From positions 6,787 through 70,786 of the forward strand of contig JAPOQU010000076.1 in NCBI GenBank assembly GCA_026710545.1: DNA of 64,000 nt, read 5' to 3'. The notes under the pieces are model-generated. The model had not been told where the DNA came from and did not search any database. It worked only from the letters and a program-made list of their open reading frames with translations. This DNA is from Gammaproteobacteria bacterium (GTDB taxonomy: Bacteria > Pseudomonadota > Gammaproteobacteria > Eutrophobiales > Eutrophobiaceae). Shown here piece after piece: positions 21,397 through 31,382 of this stretch. Made by a program: the position numbers and the translations under genes. Positions within the stretch are counted from its first letter, which is position 1; the number at the start of each line of letters is the position of its first letter.

Positions 21397-23897
21397 CAGC
21401 CGTTGTTTGCAATATCAGGGAGATCGCCGGCCAGGCCTGTTGCCCGGCGCATCGTAAAATTCTTCAATGCCTGAAAAGAATCATACAGGCCCATCCCGGC
21501 ATTCCTTAGCGGGGGGATCGGCAGGGCCTGGTTTTCAAACAGGTATTTTAAACCCTCCAGGGTCATCATCACCATATAATTCTCACCCTTGCGCCATCTC
21601 TCATAACGTCTCAACACTGCCATACTACCCGGGTCGCGCCCTTTCCTCCCGGCTTCGTTAATCACCTGGAACAAGCTTGCCGCATCGAGAAGGCCCAGGT
21701 TGGCGCCCATGCCTGCCAGCGGATGAACACAATGCGCCGCATCGCCCACCAGGACGACGCGCCCGGAGCAGTAATGCCGCGCCTGTGCCCTTTGCAGCGG
21801 AAAACCCTGCCTGATCCCCACATCCGTGACGGCGCCCAGGGTGTGTTCGAAAGCGTCCGCAAGCACCTGCTGAAACTCCGCCTTCCCTATGGCAAGCAAC
21901 TGTTCAGCCCGGGCAGGTGTAGTCGACCAGACCACGCCGCACCGGTGCGGATCGGCCATGGGCAAAAAAGCCAGGGGGCCGTCCGTCAAAAACCGCTGAC
22001 GCGCCGTATGTCCATGCTCTTCGGCCGTGGTAACGACAGCCGCCACGGCTGACTGTCCATACCGGTGCAACGCGTAATCCATCCCGGCAAGCTGCCGGAC
22101 CCTCGACCCGGCGCCATCCGCGGCGATAAGCAGTTTAGCCGACACCTCCTTCCCGTCGTTGAGCCTTAACCTGATTGCCTTTTCGTCGCCGCTGAGGCTC
22201 TCCGGTTCAGCGCCTGCGCACACCGATATGCCCGGATGTTGCGCAAGTATCGATTCCAGCACGCCCACCAGTACATTCTGCGGAACAATATAGCCCAGGT
22301 TTGGCTGGCCGATATCGGCGCTGTCGAAGTGAAGGCTGCCGGCGCCGTTTTCATCCCATACGTGCATGTGTTTGAACAGGCCGATCTCCTCCTCCGGCAG
22401 TTGCTGCCAGGCCTTGATCGCAGACAGTATCTGCCGGGACGCCAGGGACACGGCCAGGGTGCGCGCATCCGCTGCCGGTGTCCCGGTTGCAAATGAGCTG
22501 TTCCGTTCGACCAGGATACAGTCAATGCCGCCGGATGCCGCCAACAAGGCCATACTGCAGCCGATCACGCCGCCGCCGACTACCAGCACCTCCGTATCCA
22601 GGGTTTCGGTGGGTGAAACGCGTGAGGGGGCAGACGCAGTGCCTGCTTTTCCGCTTTCTCTCCGGCCACCGGGCTCCCGCCCGACTTTTACGCCCGGCGC
22701 CGGTCTCTCCCGCTTTGGTTTCGTGCGCAGTCCGGTCGCCCGCCGGATAAATTCTTTTTTCAGGGCCGGTGACGCATCCAGCGCCAGCATGGCGCTGTTG
22801 CGCAGCATGGATTTCACCGGGCCCGTATCGTTGAATGTTCTTTGCAATACATCGGAAAAACGAATTACCTGCCGCTGATCCGCCTGCCTGGACAAACCGT
22901 ACGCATTCAGAACCGCCTGGGCGCCGATGTCGCCGCCATTGCGCAAGGTTGTCCCGATACATCCGGCGAGTTCCGCCATGTCCCGCAAAACAAGATTAAA
23001 CCCCTGGGCGCCGTTGGGATGGATAGTATGCGCCGCATTGCCAAGCAGCACGGTTCGCTCACTCGTCTGCGCTTCCGGTTGCTGCAAAAACAGTGGATAG
23101 GAAGTCCTGGCGCCGGCCGCGGACAGCACGCCAAGACGGTTGCCGAAGGTTTCCTGCAGCAGGTCGAGATATGCCTCGTCGTCCCGTCGCAGGTACTCGT
23201 CCACCTGTTCAACCGGCGCCACCAGAACGCTGACGCTGCGCGCATCCTGCAGCGGCAGGAAGGCAACCAGGCCGTCAGGGATGAAGCGTTCGTACGCGGT
23301 GTTGCGGTGGCTCCGTGAAATCCCGACGTTGCAGACGATGGCCGCCTGTTGATAATCGAGGAGCCTGGTTTTTATCCCGGCCAGTTCCCTGGAGTTCGAA
23401 AATGCGCCGTCCGCAATTACCAGCAGTTTGCACTCCAGGGCGGTATTCTCAACGGCCTGCCGGTACCGTACGGTTACCGAATCAGCCCCGCGTTCGATAC
23501 CGTCGGCTGTTGCCGGACAGATCAGATCGATGTTGTCGTGACCCGAGATCTCCTCGTACAGGGTCCGTCCCAGTTCGCTTGCGCGTACCACAAATCCCAA
23601 ACTGTCCAGACCAAGCATATCGGCAGACATCCTGACGCTGCCGTAGCGCCCTCTCGTGCTGACGTGGACCCGCTCTATCGGGCAGGCGGATCGCCCCAGT
23701 TTCGACCATATCCCCATATCGTCCAGTATCTTCCGGGACGAGAGGGATAAAGCAATACCTCTTGCATCGTTATCCCGGGGACTGCCGCTGCGCGCCTGTT
23801 GCTCTTCAACCAGGGCTATGCTGATATCCTCCAGGGCCAGGGAACAGGCAAGACCGGCGCCGGCCATGCCGCCGCCAATAACCGCTACATCATACAT
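21396..23897 (-). CDS. Fused tandem FAD-dependent ubiquinone-biosynthesis hydroxylases (UbiH-like N-half plus UbiI/UbiF-like C-half)
   Basis: One 833-aa ORF with two GxGxxG motifs ([12 protein letters not shown]; [12 protein letters not shown]) and two G(D/N)AAHxxHPxxGxGxN motifs. The halves are joined by a Pro/Arg/Gly-rich linker. Located directly downstream of pepP, as ubiH-ubiI is in E. coli. Confidence 0.8.
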   Translation of the reverse strand: MYDVAVIGGGMAGAGLACSLALEDISIALVEEQQARSGSPRDNDARGIALSLSSRKILDDMGIWSKLGRSACPIERVHVSTRGRYGSVRMSADMLGLDSLGFVVRASELGRTLYEEISGHDNIDLICPATADGIERGADSVTVRYRQAVENTALECKLLVIADGAFSNSRELAGIKTRLLDYQQAAIVCNVGISRSHRNTAYERFIPDGLVAFLPLQDARSVSVLVAPVEQVDEYLRRDDEAYLDLLQETFGNRLGVLSAAGARTSYPLFLQQPEAQTSERTVLLGNAAHTIHPNGAQGFNLVLRDMAELAGCIGTTLRNGGDIGAQAVLNAYGLSRQADQRQVIRFSDVLQRTFNDTGPVKSMLRNSAMLALDASPALKKEFIRRATGLRTKPKRERPAPGVKVGREPGGRRESGKAGTASAPSRVSPTETLDTEVLVVGGGVIGCSMALLAASGGIDCILVERNSSFATGTPAADARTLAVSLASRQILSAIKAWQQLPEEEIGLFKHMHVWDENGAGSLHFDSADIGQPNLGYIVPQNVLVGVLESILAQHPGISVCAGAEPESLSGDEKAIRLRLNDGKEVSAKLLIAADGAGSRVRQLAGMDYALHRYGQSAVAAVVTTAEEHGHTARQRFLTDGPLAFLPMADPHRCGVVWSTTPARAEQLLAIGKAEFQQVLADAFEHTLGAVTDVGIRQGFPLQRAQARHYCSGRVVLVGDAAHCVHPLAGMGANLGLLDAASLFQVINEAGRKGRDPGSMAVLRRYERWRKGENYMVMMTLEGLKYLFENQALPIPPLRNAGMGLYDSFQALKNFTMRRATGLAGDLPDIANNG

Positions 23898-23905
23898 GGA
23901 TTACC

Positions 23906-25216
23906 TTATACACCCTGCTCCATCAGCGCCTCTATTTCCGAAATACCCTTGGGTGCATCGCGGCTCAGCACCTCATGCCCGGCTTTCGTTACCAGTACGT
24001 CATCCTCAATACGCACGCCTATGTTCCACCACTTCCTGGCAAGGCCTTTTTGCGGGGGGAAATACAGCCCGGGTTCGACGGTCATTACCATGCCCGGTTC
24101 CAGCAGGCGCCACGCTTCACCTACCTTGTAATCACCGACATCGTGTACGTCCATCCCCAGCCAGTGCCCGGTCTTGTGCATGAAATACCGGCTGTAGGCT
24201 TTCTCTTTTATCAGGGTTTTCGGCTTTCCCTTGAGGACCCCCAATGCAACAAGCCCCTCGGTCAATACCTCGACTGCCGCGTCGTGAGGCTGCGCCCAGT
24301 GGTTGCCCGGCCTCACCGCGTCGATTGCAGCAAGCTGCGCCGCCAGGACAATTTCGTAGATTGCCTGCTGCTGGCTGCTGAAACGGCCATTGACCGGGAA
24401 CGTACGGGTCACATCGCTCGCATAGGATTCATACTCGGCCCCGGCATCGATCAGTAATATGTCGCCGTCTTCCAGTTCCCTGGTGTTGTCGATGTAATGT
24501 AATACGCAACTGTTTGCGCCGCTGCCGACGATGGAAGGATAAGCTGCGCTGTGGGCGCCCTGGCGCATGAATTCGTGGATCAGTTCGGCCTCAATCTGGT
24601 ATTCCGTTTTCCCCGGCCGGCATGACCGCATAGCGCGCATATGTGCAGTTGCCGAAATTGCGGCGGCCTTGCGTAACATGCTGATTTCATGGCGGCTCTT
24701 ATACAGACGCATGTCATGCAGGATATTGTTCAGGGAGACAAACTGTTCCGGCGCGTGGATGCCGCTGCGCGCCTTGCCGCGCACCTGGTTGACCCAGCCG
24801 AGTACGCGCTGGTCGAAAGGGGCGTTGTTTCCCATGGTGTAATAGATCCGTTCCCGGTTTTCCAGCAGGCCGGGCAGAATGTCGTCCAGGTCGGTAATGG
24901 GATAGGCATCATCCGCGCCGTAATCAGCGCAGGCGCCTTCCAGGCCTGCCCGGGTGCCGTGCCAGATTTCCTGCTCGCGGTTGCGTTCACGACAGAACAG
25001 GACAAATTCACCCTGGCCGCGACCGGGTATAAGCGCCACGACTGCCTCCGGTTCGGCAAACCCCGTCAAATAATAGAAATCGCTGTCCTGACGATAGCGA
25101 TAGGCGACGTCGCGATTGCGCATTTTCTCCGGCGCTGCGGGCAGGATGGCGATACTGTCATCTCCCAGCATGTCCATGAGTTTCTTTCGGCGCTTGCGGA
25201 ATTCGCCGTGTTTCAT
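23906..25216 (-). CDS. pepP: Xaa-Pro aminopeptidase
   Basis: From the ATG at 25216: [10 protein letters not shown].... C-terminal [13 protein letters not shown]...VMTVEPGLY...IGVRIEDDV are the metal ligand motifs. Confidence 0.9.
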   Translation of the reverse strand: MKHGEFRKRRKKLMDMLGDDSIAILPAAPEKMRNRDVAYRYRQDSDFYYLTGFAEPEAVVALIPGRGQGEFVLFCRERNREQEIWHGTRAGLEGACADYGADDAYPITDLDDILPGLLENRERIYYTMGNNAPFDQRVLGWVNQVRGKARSGIHAPEQFVSLNNILHDMRLYKSRHEISMLRKAAAISATAHMRAMRSCRPGKTEYQIEAELIHEFMRQGAHSAAYPSIVGSGANSCVLHYIDNTRELEDGDILLIDAGAEYESYASDVTRTFPVNGRFSSQQQAIYEIVLAAQLAAIDAVRPGNHWAQPHDAAVEVLTEGLVALGVLKGKPKTLIKEKAYSRYFMHKTGHWLGMDVHDVGDYKVGEAWRLLEPGMVMTVEPGLYFPPQKGLARKWWNIGVRIEDDVLVTKAGHEVLSRDAPKGISEIEALMEQGV

Positions 25217-25415
25217 TTGACGGCCTCTGATTTGTCCAGGTTTAGTTACGGTACCGTGATAGATTGTCAAAAGCAATGGCGACATATCCATCCCGCTGAC
25301 TCAAGTAATTTACCAGAAGGGGGGTCTCTGATCTTGACCGCCCTTCAAGCGCGTTCTATATTGACAGGTATAAGCTTTCGTTTAGTGGGGTAAACCAGCC
25401 GCGGAATATAAACTT

Positions 25416-25640
25416 ATGCCAGATAATAAATCAGAAAATGTAGATTTGGGGGTGCTTGAAGCGCGGGTTGACGATCTTATCCGGACAGTTGATGCACTGA
25501 AAAACGAGAATTCCACCTTGCGCAACCAGCAAAAAAACCTGATCAGCGAACGCGCTGCACTGATTGAAAAAACGGAACAGGCCAGGTTTCGCGTCGAATC
25601 AATGATCGCCCGTCTGCGCGCCATGGAAACACGCTCGTGA
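25416..25640 (+). CDS. TIGR02449-type coiled-coil protein (ZapB-like) preceding zapA
   Basis: 74 aa, heptad-rich, with C-terminal ESMIARLRAMETRS. Overlaps the zapA start (GTGA). Position matches the family in pseudomonads, as I recall it. Confidence 0.65.
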   Translation: MPDNKSENVDLGVLEARVDDLIRTVDALKNENSTLRNQQKNLISERAALIEKTEQARFRVESMIARLRAMETRS

Positions 25641-25936
25641 CACAGGCCAAGCCGGTTCCCGTATCGATCCTGGACAAGGAATACCTGATTTCCTGTCCGG
25701 CGGACGAACGGGAGCAATTACATGCCGTAGTTAATTTCGTCAATGAAAAACTGGAGGAGGTAAAGAGCAGCGGCAGCGTGATCGGGACGGAACGTATGAT
25801 CATTATGGCGACTCTGAATATTGCCAATGAATTGCTTACATACAAATTGGAAAACAGGGACTATACTGAATCTGTGGGTTCGGTAGTAAAACGCCTGCAA
25901 ACCAAGATTGACGGCGTTCTGACCAGGGGCGAATAA
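25637..25936 (+). CDS. zapA: Cell division protein ZapA
   Basis: 99 aa. VSILDKEYLISCPADEREQL...ERMIIMATLNIANEL is the ZapA pattern. Confidence 0.85.
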   Translation: MTQAKPVPVSILDKEYLISCPADEREQLHAVVNFVNEKLEEVKSSGSVIGTERMIIMATLNIANELLTYKLENRDYTESVGSVVKRLQTKIDGVLTRGE

Positions 25937-25956
25937 AATATCTTCCCTGGTTTTGA

Positions 25957-26149
25957 TTTGGGTATCTTCTGTCGTGTTCGTGAACAGGCCGACAGAAACT
26001 TGAGCTTATTTCCTGTAAAAAAGGGAGCTGACCGCGTTATTGTGTGCAAGCCTGCTTGAAGCAGGAAGCCTGATATAACGTCCGCTGTTCCCACTTGAAC
26101 CTCTGGTTCAAGTTTAACGCCTGTCACGGCACGACGGTTGATACCCACC
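25957..26149 (+). ncRNA. ssrS: 6S RNA
   Basis: Immediately downstream of zapA, as in E. coli. The 5' tgggtatcttctgtcgtg pairs with the 3' cacggcacgacggttgataccca as a closing stem. The internal cttgaacctctggttcaag hairpin matches the conserved 6S 3' element. Ends are approximate. Confidence 0.75.
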
Positions 26150-26158
26150 AATATAAAC

Positions 26159-26183
26159 GGGGACAGATTTCAAATCTGTCCCC
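26159..26183. terminator. Palindrome GGGGACAGATTTCAAATCTGTCCCC (hairpin family)
   Basis: Between the 6S RNA 3' end and the convergent ilvA stop. Followed by TTTAA on the + strand. Confidence 0.7.
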
Positions 26184-26192
26184 TTTAACGTA

Positions 26193-27713
26193 TCAATTCA
26201 GAAAGATCCTGTAGGCAGGATTGTTCGTCTCTTCCGAATACTCAATCCCCAGGCCGTCCAGGAATTCCTGGAATTCGCCGGTCTGGTCCTGCGGCACCTG
26301 TATGCCCATCAGCACCCGTCCGTAAGCAGCCCCGTGATTGCGGTAGTGAAACAGGCTGATGTTCCAGCGCGAGCTCATCTGTGTAAGAAAATGCAGCAGC
26401 GCCCCTGAACGCTCGGGGAATTCAAACCTGTACAGCAGTTCATCGGTGACCCCGGGCGCATGGCCGCCTACCATGTAACGGATATGCATCTTCGCCACTT
26501 CGTCATTGCTCAGGTCGATGACCTGGTAGCCCTTGTCCCGTAAATTTGCCAGTAACTGGTTCTTCTCCCGGACGCCGTGGCGCAACTGCACGCCCACGAA
26601 GATATGCGCCTCTTCGGTATCGCAGTACCGATAGTTGAATTCCGTGATCTGGCGCGGGCCCAGGTCGTGGCACAGGGAGCGAAAACTGCCGGGGCGTTCG
26701 GAAATCGTGGTGCATATCAACGCCTCCCGCCGTTCACCCAGCGCGGACAGTTCGGCGATATGGCGCAGGCGGTCAAAGTTCACGTTGGCGCCGCTGAGAA
26801 TGGCGACCAGGCGCCTGTCCTTCAGGTTTTCCCGCTGGACATATTTTTTCAACCCGGTCAGGGCCAGTGCCCCTGCCGGCTCCGGGATGGAGCGGGTATC
26901 CTCGAATATATCCTTGACTGCCGCGCAGATCTCATCCACGTTCACAGGCAGGACCTCATCGACCAGCTCCCGGCAGATGCGGAATGTTTCCTCACCCGCC
27001 TGCTTCACTGCGGCGCCGTCGGCGAAGATATCCACGTGGTCCAGGGTGACCCTGTCACCGGCTTCCAGCGCCCGGTACATGCTGGCCGCCCCGTCATGCT
27101 CCACGCCGATAACTTTTATCCCCGGGCTGGTCGCTTTCACGTGCAACGCGATCCCGGCGATCAATCCGCCGCCGCCGACCGGGACGAAGATACAGTCCGG
27201 CTGCTCATCACACTGCTCCAGCAGTTCCACGCCCACGGTAGCCTGCCCGGCGATGACCAGCGGGTGGTCGTAGGGCGGGATGAAGGTCCTGCCCTCCCTG
27301 GCGGCCAGTTCTTCTGCGTGCAACCGGGCCTCATCATAGGTATTGCCGTGCAGGACCACCCTGGCGTCGAGACGCCTTACTGCGCTTACCTTGATCTCCG
27401 GCGCGGTCTTCGGCATCACAATGGTTGCGCCGATATTCATTTTGCCGGCGGCCAGGGCGACACCCTGGGCGTGGTTCCCGGCGGAAGCCGCTATGACTCC
27501 GCTGCATTTCTGCTCGTCGCTCAGCGTGGCAATCAGGTTATAGGCGCCGCGCAATTTATAGGAAAACACCGATTGCTGGTCTTCCCGCTTCAGCCAGATA
27601 TGGTTGTCCAGCGCCCGGGAAGCCTGGCCAGCGTAATCCAGGGAGGAGCGCCGGGCGACGTCGTAAACCCTGGTCGCTGCCGCGCTGATTAACGGTTGGT
27701 ATTCTGCAAACAT
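26193..27713 (-). CDS. ilvA: Biosynthetic threonine ammonia-lyase
   Basis: 506 aa. KREDQQSVFSYKLRGAYN (PLP lysine), GGGGLIAG, and two C-terminal ACT-like regulatory repeats. Confidence 0.95.
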   Translation of the reverse strand: MFAEYQPLISAAATRVYDVARRSSLDYAGQASRALDNHIWLKREDQQSVFSYKLRGAYNLIATLSDEQKCSGVIAASAGNHAQGVALAAGKMNIGATIVMPKTAPEIKVSAVRRLDARVVLHGNTYDEARLHAEELAAREGRTFIPPYDHPLVIAGQATVGVELLEQCDEQPDCIFVPVGGGGLIAGIALHVKATSPGIKVIGVEHDGAASMYRALEAGDRVTLDHVDIFADGAAVKQAGEETFRICRELVDEVLPVNVDEICAAVKDIFEDTRSIPEPAGALALTGLKKYVQRENLKDRRLVAILSGANVNFDRLRHIAELSALGERREALICTTISERPGSFRSLCHDLGPRQITEFNYRYCDTEEAHIFVGVQLRHGVREKNQLLANLRDKGYQVIDLSNDEVAKMHIRYMVGGHAPGVTDELLYRFEFPERSGALLHFLTQMSSRWNISLFHYRNHGAAYGRVLMGIQVPQDQTGEFQEFLDGLGIEYSEETNNPAYRIFLN

Positions 27714-27733
27714 GTGTATAAGATAACATTAAG

Positions 27734-27853
27734 CAGTAGTTCCCGCTAACGCCGGTCGGATAGGTGGGGTCAGAGTAAAATCACCACCGGAGCTGCTGTT
27801 GCCAACGTCCTCGGCGATTTTACTCTGACCCCGGAATTCAGCGGGAACTGCTG
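27734..27853. mobile_element. 120-bp MITE-like element with 14-bp terminal inverted repeats and a 9-bp target-site duplication
   Basis: TIRs are CAGTAGTTCCCGCT (27734-27747) and AGCGGGAACTGCTG (27840-27853), 13/14 complementary. Flanking direct repeat AACATTAAG at 27725-27733 and 27854-27862. Internal inverted repeat GGGGTCAGAGTAAAATC / GATTTTACTCTGACCCC. Confidence 0.6.
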
Positions 27854-27875
27854 AACATTAAGAGCGTTTGTGTCA

Positions 27876-28532
27876 ATGAGCCAGAAAAAAAAACAACGGG
27901 TCGCCAGGGCCGCGATCGAATACATAGAAGATGACATGGTCGTGGGTGTCGGCGCCGGCAGCACGGTCAACTGCTTTATCGATGAACTGGCGCGCATCGG
28001 TCACCGTATCGACGGCGCCGTAGCCAGTTCGGTGGCGACCGAAACCCGGTTGAGGCAACACAATATCCCGATAATCGACCTGAACGGCGTACGCGAACTC
28101 TCGGTTTACGTGGACGGCGCCGATGAAGCCACGCGGCACCTGCAACTGATCAAGGGCGGCGGCGGCGCCCTGACCCGGGAGAAGATCACCGCTGCCGTCA
28201 GCGACCGCTTCATCTGCATCGTCGACGATACGAAGGTGGTGGACGTGCTCGGAGAATTTCCGTTACCGGTAGAAGTCATTCCCATGGCCCGCAGCTACGT
28301 GGCCCGGGAAATCGTCAAGCTGGGCGGCCAGCCGGCCCTGAGAGAGGACTTCGTCACGGACAACGGCAACGTCATCCTGGACGTCCACAACCTTTCCATC
28401 CTCAACCCGGCCGAACTGGAGCAGCAACTCAACCAGGTTGTGGGCGTGGTCACCAACGGCCTGTTCGCCAGGCGCCGCGCCGACTTGTTGCTGGTTGCCG
28501 ATGACCGGCAGGTTACCAGGCTATCTGTATGA
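27876..28532 (+). CDS. rpiA: Ribose-5-phosphate isomerase A
   Basis: [17 protein letters not shown]...YVDGADE...[11 protein letters not shown]. Confidence 0.9.
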   Translation: MSQKKKQRVARAAIEYIEDDMVVGVGAGSTVNCFIDELARIGHRIDGAVASSVATETRLRQHNIPIIDLNGVRELSVYVDGADEATRHLQLIKGGGGALTREKITAAVSDRFICIVDDTKVVDVLGEFPLPVEVIPMARSYVAREIVKLGGQPALREDFVTDNGNVILDVHNLSILNPAELEQQLNQVVGVVTNGLFARRRADLLLVADDRQVTRLSV

Positions 28533-28533
28533 G

Positions 28534-28559
28534 CCACAGAGGACACAGAGATCACAGAG
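28534..28559. repeat. CCACAGAGGACACAGAGATCACAGAG repeat unit
   Basis: Starts 2 nt after the rpiA stop. An inverted near-identical copy (22/24) is at 51228-51250. Followed by hairpin ATCACAGAGC..GCTCTGTATGAT. Confidence 0.6.
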
Positions 28560-28652
28560 CGAAAACATGTTGCTCTGTATGATCCCCGCCGAATACTACG
28601 TCTGTGGTGACGGGATTGACGAATTTCTCTCTTTGTGAACGCCTGAAACCAA

Positions 28653-29090
28653 ATGATCGGCTTGATCCAACGCGTCACCGAAGCGAGGGTAGAGGTCGAT
28701 AACAGGACCGTAGCGCAAATCGACCGGGGTATCCTGGCGCTCATCGGTGTTGAAAAACAGGATACTTCCGCAACAGCCGAGCGACTGGCCCAAAGGATAA
28801 TCCAGTACCGCATATTTTCCGACGCCGACGGGAAAATGAACCTCAGCCTGCAAGATACCAGCGGCGAACTGCTGCTGGTCCCGCAGTTCACCCTGCCGGC
28901 CGACACCCGCAAAGGCAACCGTCCCAGTTTCAGTTCGGCCGCGCCGCCGGAAACGGGACAACGCCTGTTTCGGGAACTCGCGGACTTCGCCCGGGAGGCT
29001 CACGGGCAGGCGCAAACCGGGGTTTTCGGCGCAAACATGCAGGTTTCGCTTACCAACGACGGACCCGTGACGTTCTGGTTGCAGGTTTGA
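28653..29090 (+). CDS. dtd: D-aminoacyl-tRNA deacylase
   Basis: MIGLIQRVTEARVEV...GILALIGVEK...SQFTL-like ...NDGPVTFWL. Confidence 0.9.
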   Translation: MIGLIQRVTEARVEVDNRTVAQIDRGILALIGVEKQDTSATAERLAQRIIQYRIFSDADGKMNLSLQDTSGELLLVPQFTLPADTRKGNRPSFSSAAPPETGQRLFRELADFAREAHGQAQTGVFGANMQVSLTNDGPVTFWLQV

Positions 29091-29093
29091 CGG

Positions 29094-29960
29094 ATGAAGA
29101 TTACAAAATCGTACCTGTTGCCTGTACTGTTTGTTGCCTGTTGTATTTCCCAACCCCTGTCAGCGGCAGAGCTTGTCAGCATCGAAAACGTCACGCTCAT
29201 CGATGCCGGCCTGAACGACGGCGACAGTTTCAAGGTCAACGCCGGCGGCCGCGAACTGCACCTGCGGCTGTACTATGTCGATTGCCCTGAAACCACTTAC
29301 AACAGCAAGCCCGTACTGGAAAGAATCCGTGAGCAACAACGCCATTTCGGGCTGGAAGACCCCCATGACGTGGTACGCTACGGTGAACAGGCTGCCGAAT
29401 ACGTTAAAGAGGTGTTATCCCAGCCGTTCACTATCTACACCAGTTATGCTCAAGCGCCGGGACGCTCTGCGTTAGTTCGCTATTACGCCTTCATTGAAAC
29501 CCATGATGGTCATGACCTGGGTCATCTCCTCATTGAACAGGGTTTGGCCAGGATACACGGAAAGACCCGTCCGAGTCCCGATGGTGTACCAAGCCATACA
29601 GTACTTGAGGAGCTTCAGGACCTCCGTATCATCGCCCTGTTAAACCGCGCTGGTATCTGGCAGTCAACCCAGCCCGGTATCCTGGCTGAAATGCGCAAAC
29701 GCCAGCGGGAGGAGGCTGAAGAACTAAAATCATTCCGCCAAAAGGTGGCGAAGATACGGACCCGTGATGACCAGCCTCTCAACCTCAATAGCGCCTCAAA
29801 GGATGAGCTTGAGCAAATTCCCGGAATCGGCCCGGTTACGGCAATCAAGATCACCGATGGGAGGCCGTATGAGTCTGTGGATGATCTGCTGAAGATTCCC
29901 GGTATCGGGCCGAAAACGGTGGAGGCTATAGCGCCTTATGTTACGGTGAAGAGTGAATAA
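29094..29960 (+). CDS. Secreted thermonuclease (SNase)-like domain fused to a ComEA-type helix-hairpin-helix DNA-binding domain
   Basis: Signal peptide, then an SNase-like core (DGDSFKV...LRLYYVDCPE), then C-terminal LNLNSASKDELEQIPGIGPVTAIKI...LLKIPGIGPKTVE. Confidence 0.7.
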   Translation: MKITKSYLLPVLFVACCISQPLSAAELVSIENVTLIDAGLNDGDSFKVNAGGRELHLRLYYVDCPETTYNSKPVLERIREQQRHFGLEDPHDVVRYGEQAAEYVKEVLSQPFTIYTSYAQAPGRSALVRYYAFIETHDGHDLGHLLIEQGLARIHGKTRPSPDGVPSHTVLEELQDLRIIALLNRAGIWQSTQPGILAEMRKRQREEAEELKSFRQKVAKIRTRDDQPLNLNSASKDELEQIPGIGPVTAIKITDGRPYESVDDLLKIPGIGPKTVEAIAPYVTVKSE

Positions 29961-30065
29961 ATACCGTTTTAATGACAAAAAAAGGCCATGCAAATTAATG
30001 GGACTTATGTATCAAAATCCGCGAACCTTCGTAAGCGGACAGCGGAGGGATAGGGATATCACTAT

Positions 30066-30251
30066 CTAGGCGGCGGGTTTCCTGCGAAGCCGATACTTGG
30101 TATTCAACTCTTCGCTTGTCGGTTCTCTGTTCTCACTCTTGACCGGTTGCCGGTCTGTAGTAAGTATCTGTTTCAACGCATCAAAAAAATCTGTCGCAGT
30201 CGGCGGGTTGGATAAATCCGGCGACTTTATCTCACGCTTTGGTTTCGCCAT
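30066..30251 (-). CDS. Small hypothetical protein
   Basis: 61-aa ORF at the left edge of the AT-rich island. No motif recognised. Confidence 0.25.
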   Translation of the reverse strand: MAKPKREIKSPDLSNPPTATDFFDALKQILTTDRQPVKSENREPTSEELNTKYRLRRKPAA

Positions 30252-30564
30252 TTCAGATTTCTCATCAATTGAAATTCAACCAGACATAAGAGTAGAACGA
30301 CGCGTATACGGTTGTCAATGCGTTTTTCACACTTGCAAGTTTTCCTTGATGCACCCAACCTTTTAGACTTATCATGACCTTGCCAATATTCGCGCTAACC
30401 CATCGTCGGGTTACCCGCTGAATACAACAACCAGTCTATCCAGGTAAGGGGTAGCTCCCTTTGCCGGGGTGAATAAGCGGGGAATTTCCTTTACGCGGAT
30501 ATTGGCAACGGCCCGACGGCCTCACGCGGCTGTCGGTAATTCATACAGCTATAGAGGGGTTGTT

Positions 30565-30891
30565 ATGAAGCAGCATACCGTTGCCAGTCTGTTTGTTGCT
30601 TTCTTTTCCTGTCTTTCCCTTAGCGTTTTTGCCCAGACCGATGAAGACTATACGGCAGAAATCATGCAGCACATTGTCGATCCGTGCTTCAAATACAGCG
30701 CCGACAAGTCAGAACCTATACCTGAAGTATCTGAATCGGAAATGGTGACACTGATGAAGTTGATGTCGCCGGATGCAGTACAGGACACGATAGACGTTAC
30801 CTTGCCTGTTGTGAAGGACAAGCCGATTGAAGCCAGGATGCAGGTTTATGAGTTGAGCCTGAAGCTGTGCATCAGGGGGACGGGGAAATGA
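30565..30891 (+). CDS. Small secreted protein (gene 1 of an unknown three-gene operon)
   Basis: From the ATG at 30565: MKQHTVASLFVAFFSCLSLSVFAQT is a signal peptide. Two Cys in the mature part. Confidence 0.5.
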   Translation: MKQHTVASLFVAFFSCLSLSVFAQTDEDYTAEIMQHIVDPCFKYSADKSEPIPEVSESEMVTLMKLMSPDAVQDTIDVTLPVVKDKPIEARMQVYELSLKLCIRGTGK

Positions 30892-31382
30892 CGGACGAAC
30901 TGGCTCTTAAATACAAGGAACTGAAGGAAAACGAAGCGGAAAAAAAGAAGAAAAAGAAATTAAAGAAAAAACAAACAATCAAAGCAGTAGGAAATGCTAT
31001 CCAAATCAGCATTCTGATTGTCCTTGGTTTGCTTTTGCTTCTTATTGTCGTGGTAGAAACATCGGACGTTGATATCAACTCTACATCCCCGTCATCATCG
31101 AATAGAACACCGTCGAAATGGAAAAAGGAGCGGCAGCGGCGCATTGAACGGCGAACTAGCGCAGGGGTGCCGATTGAAAGGGGTGCAGATATCGACTACC
31201 GCATAGACAGCGACAAGCTTATTGATCTGTCTGTAAAACAGATTCGATCTAACGGTTATCGTTGTAACAGTCTCAGCAGCATCGATCTTTACAATTACAA
31301 CAAATCGATAGTGGTGCGATGCAACGAAGGCAAGGATAAATACAGGATATATCCATCTTCAGGGCAGGTGACGCGGGAGTAA
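30888..31382 (+). CDS. Single-pass membrane protein with a Lys-rich cytoplasmic N-terminus (gene 2)
   Basis: The ATG at 30888 overlaps the gene 1 stop (ATGA). Has EKKKKKKLKKKQ, then the TM helix ISILIVLGLLLLLIVVV, then a ~100-aa C-terminal domain with two Cys. Confidence 0.5.
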   Translation: MTDELALKYKELKENEAEKKKKKKLKKKQTIKAVGNAIQISILIVLGLLLLLIVVVETSDVDINSTSPSSSNRTPSKWKKERQRRIERRTSAGVPIERGADIDYRIDSDKLIDLSVKQIRSNGYRCNSLSSIDLYNYNKSIVVRCNEGKDKYRIYPSSGQVTRE

